DNA from: Bacteroidota bacterium
Lineage (GTDB): Bacteria; Bacteroidota; Bacteroidia; Flavobacteriales_F; PHOS-HE28
DNA: 64,000 nucleotides
Assembly: GCA_018267055.1 (NCBI GenBank)
Contig: JAFDZF010000035.1
Location: forward strand, 21,752 to 85,751
Reading direction: 5' to 3'
Position 1 is the first letter of the stretch; the number at the start of each line of letters is the position of its first letter. The translations under genes were made by a program, and so were the position numbers. Below the pieces are notes generated by a model, which saw only the letters and a list, made by a program, of their open reading frames with translations, was not told the DNA's origin and searched no databases. Shown piece after piece: positions 1 through 7,970 of the stretch.

Positions 1-7
1 CTTCAGC

Positions 8-226
8 ATGTCGCTCGCCGCTAAACTGCTCGTGGGCTGCGTCCGCGGCTACCAGCTGGTGATCTCACCGCTGCTGCCCGGCTCGTGCCGCTATACGCCC
101 TCCTGCTCGGAATACGGCGTGCAGGCCCTGCGCAAGCATGGCGCCTGGCGCGGCGGCAAGCTCACCCTCAAGCGGTTCCTATCTTGTCATCCTTGGGGCG
201 GCCGCGGCTACGACCCGGTCCCCTGA
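8..226 (+). CDS. yidD: Membrane protein insertion efficiency factor YidD
   Basis: 72 aa with the YidD signature: [22 protein letters not shown]...[12 protein letters not shown]. Confidence 0.9.
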   Translation: MSLAAKLLVGCVRGYQLVISPLLPGSCRYTPSCSEYGVQALRKHGAWRGGKLTLKRFLSCHPWGGRGYDPVP

Positions 227-239
227 ATACCTCCCGCAC

Positions 240-1910
240 ATGAAGAACCCCCTTCGCTCCTGGAAGTCCGCGGCCTTGATCGGCGCGGTGGCCGTCGGCG
301 GCGCCGTCACCATCGCCGCGGGCGACAACTACTTCGAGATCGGGAAGAACCTCGAGATCTTCAATGAGCTGTACAAGGAGCTCAACATCTATTACGTCGA
401 CGAGACCAAGCCGGGCGAGCTGATGACCACGGGCATCGACGCGATGCTCGAAAGCCTCGACCCCTACACCCAGTACATCGCCGAGAGCGACCTGGAGGAC
501 TACCGCATTATGACCACCGGGCAGTACGGCGGCATCGGCGCGATGATCCGCAAGAAGGGCGACGGGGTGATGGTGAGCGAGCCGTACGAGAACTGCCCCG
601 CGATGAAGGACGGCATCGAGGCCGGCGACGTGATCCTGGAGGTGGACGGACGCAAGACCCAGGGCCTGGAGACCGACGAGGTGAGCAAGCTGCTCAAGGG
701 CCAAGCCGGCACCCCGGTGAAGGTGATCACCAGCCGCAACGGCGCGGCGCCCGTGACGCACCTGCTCACCCGCGAGGAGATCAAGATCCCCGACGTGCCG
801 TACAAGGGCTTCATCGATGAGCCGAACAAGGTGGGCTACATCAAGCTGAACAGCTTCACGCAGACCGCGGGCCAGGAAGTGCGCACGGCGCTGAAGGAGC
901 TGAAGGACCAGGGCGCGCAGAAGATGGTGCTCGACCTGCGCGGCAATGGCGGCGGCCTGCTCCGCGAGGCGGTGAACATCGTGAACCTCTTCGTACCGAA
1001 GGGCGAGACCGTGGTGGAGACCAAGGGGAAGATCGCCGAGTGGGACAAGACCTACAAGACGCTGAGCGAGCCGCTGGACGCCACCATGCCGCTGGTGATC
1101 CTGGTGGACACCGGCTCGGCCTCGGCGAGCGAGATCGTCACCGGCGCGCTCCAGGACCTGGACCGCGCGGTGATCGTGGGGCAGCGCACATACGGGAAGG
1201 GGCTCGTGCAGCAGACGCGCGACCTCTACTACAACAGCAAGCTGAAGGTGACGGTGGCCAAGTACTACATCCCCAGCGGCCGCTGCATCCAGAAGATCGA
1301 CTACGCGCACCACGACAGCACGGGCAAGGCCATGATCAAGGCCGACTCGACCATCCTCGCCTTCAAGACGCGCGGCGGCCGGCCGGTGTATGACGGGCGC
1401 GGCATCGCGCCGGACGTGCGGGTGGTGGAGCCCGAGCTGCCCAAGGTGGTGGGCGGCCTCTACACAGCGGACCTCTTCTTCGACTTCGCGAACCAGTACA
1501 AGTGGACGCATCCCACCATCGCCCAACCCGCCGATTTCGTCGTCACCGACGAGATCTACCAGCAGTTCCTCGCCTTCGTGAAGGACAAGAAGTTCGACTA
1601 CCGCACCGAGAGCCTGGACGACCTGGCGAAGCTGGAGGCCGACGCGAAGAAGGAGCGCTACTACGAGCACGCCAAGACCGCCATCGATGCGCTGCGCGCC
1701 GAGCTGAGCCCCGACCGCAGCGAAGAGCTGGAACGCTTCCGGAGCGACATCAAGGAGGTGCTGAAAAGCGAGCTGGTGGGCCGCTACTACCATCAGACCG
1801 GCCGCGCCAAGGCCATGCTGGTGACGGACCCCGTGGTGCAGCGCGCGCTCGCCGTGCTCAACGGCGGCGAATACGCCGGCGTGCTCAACGGCACCATCAA
1901 GACCAACTGA
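240..1910 (+). CDS. S41 family C-terminal processing (tail-specific) peptidase
   Basis: Taken from track ORF 138..1910. The internal ATG at 240 gives MKNPLRSWKSAALIGAVAVGG, a signal/anchor. A PDZ-like region and S41 motifs are present (LRGNGGGLL, GSASASEIVTGALQD, TYGKGLVQ). Confidence 0.9.
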   Translation: MKNPLRSWKSAALIGAVAVGGAVTIAAGDNYFEIGKNLEIFNELYKELNIYYVDETKPGELMTTGIDAMLESLDPYTQYIAESDLEDYRIMTTGQYGGIGAMIRKKGDGVMVSEPYENCPAMKDGIEAGDVILEVDGRKTQGLETDEVSKLLKGQAGTPVKVITSRNGAAPVTHLLTREEIKIPDVPYKGFIDEPNKVGYIKLNSFTQTAGQEVRTALKELKDQGAQKMVLDLRGNGGGLLREAVNIVNLFVPKGETVVETKGKIAEWDKTYKTLSEPLDATMPLVILVDTGSASASEIVTGALQDLDRAVIVGQRTYGKGLVQQTRDLYYNSKLKVTVAKYYIPSGRCIQKIDYAHHDSTGKAMIKADSTILAFKTRGGRPVYDGRGIAPDVRVVEPELPKVVGGLYTADLFFDFANQYKWTHPTIAQPADFVVTDEIYQQFLAFVKDKKFDYRTESLDDLAKLEADAKKERYYEHAKTAIDALRAELSPDRSEELERFRSDIKEVLKSELVGRYYHQTGRAKAMLVTDPVVQRALAVLNGGEYAGVLNGTIKTN

Positions 1911-1967
1911 TCGGCCCATCGCCGCGTCGTGCGGTCCACCGCGCTTGAGCAGCAGGGGCCTGTGAGG

Positions 1968-3539
1968 ATGGACGCCTTCCGGCGCGTGCACCTCTTCGGG
2001 CTCGCGCTGGCGCTGATCGCCCTGCCCTGGTCGGAGCTGCTGCTGAGCCTGTCGCAGTTCATCCTGCTGGGCAATTGGCTGTGGGAGGGCATCGTGCGCC
2101 GCGACCTCGCAGGCCGCTTCCGGCGGGCCTTCACCACGGCGGAGAGCGCGGTGTTCCTTTCCTTCTTCGGTGTGCATGTGCTGGGCCTGCTGTGGACCGG
2201 CGATCTGGGCTGGGGCCTGGACCTCTGCCGGATCCTGCTGCCTGTGTTATTGTTCGGCGCGGTGCTCTCATCGGTGCCGCGGCTCACGGCCGGCGAGCTG
2301 CGCTTCCTGCTGCTGCTGGGCGCGTGGAGCGTCATCGGCAGCACCATGGCCTGCCTGGCGTTCCGCCACCAGGTGGCCGCGCTGGGCGATTACCGCGCGC
2401 TCTCCATGTTCATCAGCCACATCCGGCTGGCGCTGATGCTGTGCTTCACCATCGCCGCCCTCGTGCACTACTGGCCGCGGCGCTGGGAGCTGCAGCTGGC
2501 CCATGGGCTCGGCATCGGCTGGTGCCTGTTCTTCCTCGACCTGCTCAGCAGCCTCGTGGGGCTGTTGGTGCTGCCGGTGCTCGTGCTGTTCGCCCTGGTG
2601 CGCTGGGCGCGCCACCGCCCAGCCCTCGTCCGCGGGCTCACCGCGGCCGTGGTGCTGGCGCTGGGCGGGGCCGCCGCATACTATGTACGCGCCTGCATCC
2701 GGGACTACCACGCGACGGAGCCCATCGACCTGCGGCACCTGGACGAGCGCAGCGCCGGGGGTGAGCGCTACTACCACGATCGCGTGGCACCGCAACGCGA
2801 GAACGGCCACTACGTCTGGATCTACGTCGCTGACGAAGAGCTGGAACGGGGCTGGTCGCACCTGAGCACCGTGCCGTTCACCGGCAAGGACGCCGAGGGC
2901 CAGCCCTTGCGCTCCACCTTGGTGCGCTACCTCGCCAGCCTGGGGCAGCGCAAGGATTCCCTTGGCCTGAAGGCGCTGCATCCCGAGGACGTGCGGCGCA
3001 TCGAGCACGGGGTGGCCAGCGTGACGGAAGGGCGCCGGAACCCTCTGCGCGCACGCATCGACCAGGTGCTGTACGAGGTGGAGAGCGCACGCAACACCGG
3101 CGATCCCAGCGCGCATTCGGTCACGATGCGGTTGGCCTTCCTGCGGACAGGGGCGTCCATCGCCAGGGAACACTGGCTCTTCGGCGTCGGCACGGGCGAT
3201 ACCCAACGCGCCTTCGATGAAGCCTACGAACGGGAGCACAGCCCGCTGTTGCCCCGCTGGCGCCTCCGCGCGCACAATGAGTACCTCACCCTGGCCATCA
3301 GCTTCGGCGTGTTCGGCGCGCTGTGGTGCCTGTTCACCTGGTGGTGGCCAGCGAAGCGGCTCGAAGCCTTCCGCCATCCGCTCTTCCTCGCGTGGGGCCT
3401 CATCTTCCTGATCTCCTGCCTGAGCGAGGACACCATCGAGACGCAGATGGGCGCCACCTTCTTCGCCCTTTATTATACGCTCTTCACGTTCGCGGCGCCT
3501 CCAGCGCAGCGAGCACCCGCTGCGGCGGGATCCGCGTGA
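1968..3539 (+). CDS. O-antigen ligase (Wzy_C)-like polytopic membrane protein
   Basis: Multi-pass hydrophobic protein with the AHNEYLTLAISFGVFGAL motif typical of the O-antigen ligase family. The start is either ATG 1968 or GTG 1929. Confidence 0.72.
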   Translation: MDAFRRVHLFGLALALIALPWSELLLSLSQFILLGNWLWEGIVRRDLAGRFRRAFTTAESAVFLSFFGVHVLGLLWTGDLGWGLDLCRILLPVLLFGAVLSSVPRLTAGELRFLLLLGAWSVIGSTMACLAFRHQVAALGDYRALSMFISHIRLALMLCFTIAALVHYWPRRWELQLAHGLGIGWCLFFLDLLSSLVGLLVLPVLVLFALVRWARHRPALVRGLTAAVVLALGGAAAYYVRACIRDYHATEPIDLRHLDERSAGGERYYHDRVAPQRENGHYVWIYVADEELERGWSHLSTVPFTGKDAEGQPLRSTLVRYLASLGQRKDSLGLKALHPEDVRRIEHGVASVTEGRRNPLRARIDQVLYEVESARNTGDPSAHSVTMRLAFLRTGASIAREHWLFGVGTGDTQRAFDEAYEREHSPLLPRWRLRAHNEYLTLAISFGVFGALWCLFTWWWPAKRLEAFRHPLFLAWGLIFLISCLSEDTIETQMGATFFALYYTLFTFAAPPAQRAPAAAGSA

Positions 3540-4491
3540 TGCAGTCGCAGTCCGCACCGCGCGCGCAGTCGGGACAATGCGGATCGTTCACCAGCACGTG
3601 CGCATCCGGCCCCAGGGGTGCCCAGCGTCCGGGATGGATCGGCCGCCGCATGCTGAAGAGGCCGATGGTGCGGATGCCGCTCGCGGCGGCGATGTGCAGC
3701 GGCCCGGTGCTGGCGGCCACCAAGGCGTCGCTCGCGCCGATGAGGTCCATCAAGCGGTCGAGGGGCAGCGATCCGCCCGTGTCGGTGACGTGCGGCAGGT
3801 CCACGGGCAGCACGCGCCGGTAACGCTCGGCCTCGGCGGCGGTGCCGGTGAGGAGGCAGTGGTAACGCCGGGGATCGAGCAGGCGGATGAGCGCCGCGAA
3901 GTTCTCCAGGCCCCATTCCACGCCGCTGCCCTTCAGGGGATGCAGGATGACGTTGCGCCGATCGGGACGCAGCAGTGCCCGCACCTCCGGCGGCGGAGCG
4001 GGCACGCGCAGGCCGATGTACGGGATGAGCGCCTGGACGGGCGACGGCACCGGTACGCCGAAGGGCGCGAGCAGCTTGATGTTCAGCTGCGCCTCGTGCA
4101 GGTCGCTGCGCCGGCGGCTGAAATGCACCCGCTCGTTGCACGTTGCCCAATGCCACCACCGATGGCTCGTGCCGATGCGCCGCGGGATGCCCGCCGCCTT
4201 CGCCCACCACGCCACCTGCCGGTGCGGGAAGACGTGGACGATGGCATCCGCCCCCACCGCCCGCAGCCGGTCCGCGGCACCAGCATCGCCCAAGGCGGCC
4301 AGCTCCTCGAGCGTGATCACGGCGTCGATGTGCGTGCAGCGCTCCCAGACCGGGGCGGTGTAGCCCTTGATCAGGGCGACGATGCGCACGCCGGGCAGGT
4401 GGTGCCGCAGCCATCCCGCCATGGGCACGGTCACCACGGCATCGCCAAGGTTGTCCGGGCGGCTGAGGAGGACGGTCCGCGGCGGGTTCAT
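3484..4491 (-). CDS. Glycosyltransferase family 9 (heptosyltransferase-like)
   Basis: The internal ATG gives MNPPRTVLLSRPDNLGDAVVTVP. The C-terminal STGPLHIAAASG motif matches GT9. Its start overlaps the upstream GT2 stop as ATGA. Confidence 0.85.
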   Translation of the reverse strand: MNPPRTVLLSRPDNLGDAVVTVPMAGWLRHHLPGVRIVALIKGYTAPVWERCTHIDAVITLEELAALGDAGAADRLRAVGADAIVHVFPHRQVAWWAKAAGIPRRIGTSHRWWHWATCNERVHFSRRRSDLHEAQLNIKLLAPFGVPVPSPVQALIPYIGLRVPAPPPEVRALLRPDRRNVILHPLKGSGVEWGLENFAALIRLLDPRRYHCLLTGTAAEAERYRRVLPVDLPHVTDTGGSLPLDRLMDLIGASDALVAASTGPLHIAAASGIRTIGLFSMRRPIHPGRWAPLGPDAHVLVNDPHCPDCARGADCDCITRIPPQRVLAALEAPRT

Positions 4492-5243
4492 GGACGCTCG
4501 CGCCAGCGTTGCTTCAGCTTGGCGTACTTCAGGAAGGTCGCGTGGGCGCTGATGCGCGCGATCACGAAGCCGTGGAAGCCGTCGCGGAACCCGCCGCGCA
4601 GCAGGTAGCCGCCGAGGAACTTCGCGCACGGGCTCACGAGCAGCTTAAGGAGGCCGGCCCGCCTCCCCTGCGCATGCAGCGCGTTCGCGGCGATGGTGGT
4701 GAAGTAGTCCACCTGCTTCACGTGGTCGCTGATGGAAGCGTAGCTGTGGTGCAGGAGGTCGCCCTCCAGGTGCGCGATGCGGGCACCGGCGTCCATCTCG
4801 TACCGGTCGTGCGGATTGGTGCCGCCCCAGCGCCCCTTGCGGCTGTCCCACAAGCGGAGCTTCGTATCGGGGTACCAGCCGCCGTGCCGGATCCAGGTGC
4901 CGCAGTAATTGGTGAGGCGGTGCATGGTATAGCCGTCGGCCGCGGGCCCCTGCTTCACGCGCCGGATGGAGGCGATCAGCGTGGCATCCAGTTCCTCGTC
5001 GGCATCGAGCGAGAGCACCCAGGGGTGCTTCGCCTGCGTCACGGCCCAGTTCTTCTGTTCGATGTGCCCTTCGAAGGCATGGCGGATGAAGCGCGCCCCA
5101 TGCTCGAGCGCGATGGCCTCGGTGCGGTCGGTGCTGAAGGAATCGACCACCACGAGGTCGTCGGCCACCCCCGCCACGGAGCGCAGGCAGCGGGCGAGGT
5201 TCCCTTCCTCGTTGAAGGTGATGACGACGACCGACAGCTCCAT
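4488..5243 (-). CDS. Glycosyltransferase family 2 (LPS core type)
   Basis: The N-terminus LSVVVITFNEEGNLARCL...VVVDSFSTDRT...SLDADE is a classic GT2 fold signature. The gene is translationally coupled to the GT9 gene. Confidence 0.85.
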   Translation of the reverse strand: MELSVVVITFNEEGNLARCLRSVAGVADDLVVVDSFSTDRTEAIALEHGARFIRHAFEGHIEQKNWAVTQAKHPWVLSLDADEELDATLIASIRRVKQGPAADGYTMHRLTNYCGTWIRHGGWYPDTKLRLWDSRKGRWGGTNPHDRYEMDAGARIAHLEGDLLHHSYASISDHVKQVDYFTTIAANALHAQGRRAGLLKLLVSPCAKFLGGYLLRGGFRDGFHGFVIARISAHATFLKYAKLKQRWRERP

Positions 5244-5294
5244 CGTGCCGCCGAAGTTAGACCCCGGCGGCCATCGGCACCGGCCGCCGTGCGA

Positions 5295-7871
5295 TCAGTG
5301 CGCCACCACGAAGCGGCCGCGGGCCATGTCCGTTCCGTTCCGCAGGAGGCGGTACACGTACAGGCCTTCGCTCCATCCCGTGGTGGCCAGCGTGAGCCGG
5401 CCGTTCACCAAAGCCTGGCGCGCCACCTGGCGGCCGGCACCGTCGAGCACCAGCAGGTCCGCCGTCCCGCCCGGCGCGGTGAAGGACACCGCCGCATCGG
5501 CCGGGTTCGGGAACACCGCTACCTCGCCACCGTCCACCTCCGCTACGCCGGTGCCGACGGTGAGCGCGATGCAGTAGTCCTCCGTCTCCCCGAAGTCGTA
5601 AACGGAACATCCACTCATTACAGGCTCATTAGCGCTCATTACTATACGCATACGTACAGAACCTTCCGGCGCACCTATTGGGACGGTCAGCGTGCCTTCC
5701 ATGATCTGATCCGACGACCCGCTGAAGACCAGTTCATCAGGTGCCGAGAACTGGCCATCGCGATCGAAGTCCATCCATATCGTGTAGTATGCAATAATCG
5801 GGAATCCTAGATATGGGGTCAGCGTAATCGTATAGCCCTGGCCAGTAATGAGCTCGGTGCTCTGATCGCTGTTATCGGCATACCCATCATTATCTCCGGA
5901 CATATTATCAATAGTACCTAATTGGACATGGTCGAGCCATATGGACCAGGTATTCCCGATGCTCTCACAAAAATCCCCTTCAATGCATTGGCCGCATCCA
6001 GGCACATGCAGCCCCACTGTGGCAGACCAATTGCCGGTACTATCAGCACATGTACTACTCATTTGGACCTCATAGTCTGTGCAGGGTTCCAACCCCTGGA
6101 TGAGCATGGACGAACTTTCAAGTCCTCCGATCTCTTCCCACACGGACCCATCTATCGGCCGATAGCGTAAAGAATACGAGCCCGCCGCCAATACAGAATT
6201 CCAAGCCACTAAAGCATCCGCAGTATCCTGCATCGAAACCTCAATGGCCAGAGGCGCATGGCAACAACCCTCGCTCATCCAAATATGGGAAGGCGAGAAT
6301 GCCCCCGCCGATCCCCCGCAAATCGGTGCCACTTGGAACTCGAATGGAACACAGGGCGGTAGATCGGAAAGGGATCGTTCAAAACCAAGCACATCCGTCA
6401 GTAAGCTCCAGTCCTCCTCGCCGACCACCCTATAGCGGATATCATACGTCGTCGAAAGTCCGTTCCAAGCGAGCGTGGTATGGCCTATGGCATCGCTGAC
6501 GGTATGGAGGTCGTAGGCCTCCCAACATTCTGCACAATGGTCCATGATCCATTGTACGCTATTGTGCGCATTGATACGTCCACCTGTGACGGTATTGCCC
6601 GGCAGGTTACCCACCTGCTCCACCCCGCTGAACAGAGCTTGTCGCACGTACCGAGCACCTTGGCTCGGATCGTGGCGGACCAAGTCCATCATCCCAGAGC
6701 ATGGAACGCTATATAGCAACCCGATGACGCCCGCGGTAAGTGGGCTCGCGAACGAAGTCCCGCTGACAGGTCCATCGCTACCATTAATGTTCGTGGTCAC
6801 CACCAATGCGCCCGGTGCACCTAGGTCAATAGTGGTGCTTCCCCATGCTGAGAAGGTGCGCGCATCCAAACTGTTCGTGGCCGTCACGCTGATCATGAAG
6901 TCACTGGCGCAGGCGGTGGGCAGGTCGCCGACCTGATCCACGTTCACGGCATTATTGGCCGTGGCCCCGCAATTGAGGATACCTGCCGTACCAAGGGTAT
7001 CGTACATCGCACACCATAGCGGTGCATCCTCCGGCTGGCCACCATCGATACCCCAACTCGCATTAGTGGCCACCACGAAGGCGCCGAGATCACCGCCGGT
7101 GGCATTGTACAGGCGGCGCATCACCAAGGGATAGGTATAGGCCGCGATCACCTGTGCTTCCTGCGTGCCGCCATACGGAACTGCCATCATCTTCACGTTC
7201 CAATTGGCACCGACCACCAAGGTCTCATTATTGCCCTTCGCGCCGATCATCCCTGCGACCTGGGTACCGTGCGAACCACCATAGACGTTGTCGTTCCCCT
7301 GCGGCGGGTTCCAGCCGCGGTAGTCGTCCACATAGCCATTGCCATCGTCATCGACGCCATTGTTGGGGATCTCGTGGCGGTTGAACCAGGCATTGGCGAC
7401 CAAATCAGGCTGCGGGAGGTCGGCGTTCTCGATAATGCAAATCACGATGGTATCACCCGTAGCAGTCAGACCTCCCGTAGTGACTTCCCAAGCGGCTTCA
7501 CTAGCGATGGTCTGATGATGCCATTGCGCTACATAATCGCTGTCGTTGGGCACTGCGCGCTCCTGGATGCGGTGGTTGTCCTGCGCCAGCATCACGGCCG
7601 GATGGCCCTGCACGGCACGCCGCATCAATGCCTGGGGGATGGCCGGCGCCTCATAGTGCAGCAGCCAGGCCCGCATCGGTGCGGAGATCTCCTGCACCAC
7701 CCGCAGGTGGGTCTCGTGGCCATTGAGGAGCTTGAGGTCGGTCGCGATCGCCTGCGCCGACGCGTCCGGCTTCAGCATCACCAGCAGGTCACCGGGCACG
7801 ATGGCCTCCTGGGCACGGAGCAGACCGGACAGACAGAGGATGCAAACAAGGAGGAAAGACCGCTTCATCAT
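5295..7871 (-). CDS. Secreted subtilisin-like S8 serine protease with FN3-like, GEVED-like and T9SS C-terminal sorting domains
   Basis: Signal peptide MMKRSFLLVCILCLSGLLRAQ. S8 triad contexts are DDDGNGYVDD, GGSHGTQVAGMIG and GTSFASPLTAGVIG. GETEDYCIAL matches the GEVED motif. The C-terminus VFPNPADAAVSF...LYVYRL...FVVAH resembles a T9SS CTD. Confidence 0.9.
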   Translation of the reverse strand: MMKRSFLLVCILCLSGLLRAQEAIVPGDLLVMLKPDASAQAIATDLKLLNGHETHLRVVQEISAPMRAWLLHYEAPAIPQALMRRAVQGHPAVMLAQDNHRIQERAVPNDSDYVAQWHHQTIASEAAWEVTTGGLTATGDTIVICIIENADLPQPDLVANAWFNRHEIPNNGVDDDGNGYVDDYRGWNPPQGNDNVYGGSHGTQVAGMIGAKGNNETLVVGANWNVKMMAVPYGGTQEAQVIAAYTYPLVMRRLYNATGGDLGAFVVATNASWGIDGGQPEDAPLWCAMYDTLGTAGILNCGATANNAVNVDQVGDLPTACASDFMISVTATNSLDARTFSAWGSTTIDLGAPGALVVTTNINGSDGPVSGTSFASPLTAGVIGLLYSVPCSGMMDLVRHDPSQGARYVRQALFSGVEQVGNLPGNTVTGGRINAHNSVQWIMDHCAECWEAYDLHTVSDAIGHTTLAWNGLSTTYDIRYRVVGEEDWSLLTDVLGFERSLSDLPPCVPFEFQVAPICGGSAGAFSPSHIWMSEGCCHAPLAIEVSMQDTADALVAWNSVLAAGSYSLRYRPIDGSVWEEIGGLESSSMLIQGLEPCTDYEVQMSSTCADSTGNWSATVGLHVPGCGQCIEGDFCESIGNTWSIWLDHVQLGTIDNMSGDNDGYADNSDQSTELITGQGYTITLTPYLGFPIIAYYTIWMDFDRDGQFSAPDELVFSGSSDQIMEGTLTVPIGAPEGSVRMRIVMSANEPVMSGCSVYDFGETEDYCIALTVGTGVAEVDGGEVAVFPNPADAAVSFTAPGGTADLLVLDGAGRQVARQALVNGRLTLATTGWSEGLYVYRLLRNGTDMARGRFVVAH

Positions 7872-7892
7872 GGCGCAACAAGGGGTGGCGAC

Positions 7893-7900
7893 CAAAGTTA
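7893..7900 (-). promoter_or_regulatory. Candidate Bacteroidota -7 promoter box (TAACTTTG) for the S8 protease gene
   Basis: The reverse complement of CAAAGTTA matches TAnnTTTG. It lies about 22 nt upstream of the ATG at 7871. Motif match only. Confidence 0.35.
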
Positions 7901-7970
7901 GACGGGTGGCCAGGCGCGGACGATGCTTCGGCCTCCAAGGATCGGCCGCCCTTGGACGCCTGTCCGGGGG

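Noticed and set aside
168-2177. 669-aa minus-strand ORF overlapping the S41 peptidase. Similar very long antisense or out-of-frame ORFs occur elsewhere: 7923..10505 (+), 20384..23605 (+), 24057..26258 (-), 26309..29872 (+), 43811..45925 (-), 45628..47913 (-), 53552..55321 (-).
   Set aside because: Their translations are low-complexity Arg/Gly/Ala/His/Val strings with no motifs. Each lies opposite or out of frame to a gene with clear family signatures. Stop-codon scarcity in GC-rich DNA produces them.
7910-7945. CCAAGG-N9-CCTTGG hairpin between murF-alr and the S8 protease, considered as a terminator.
   Set aside because: The stem is only 6 bp and neither strand has a U-tract. That is not enough to call.
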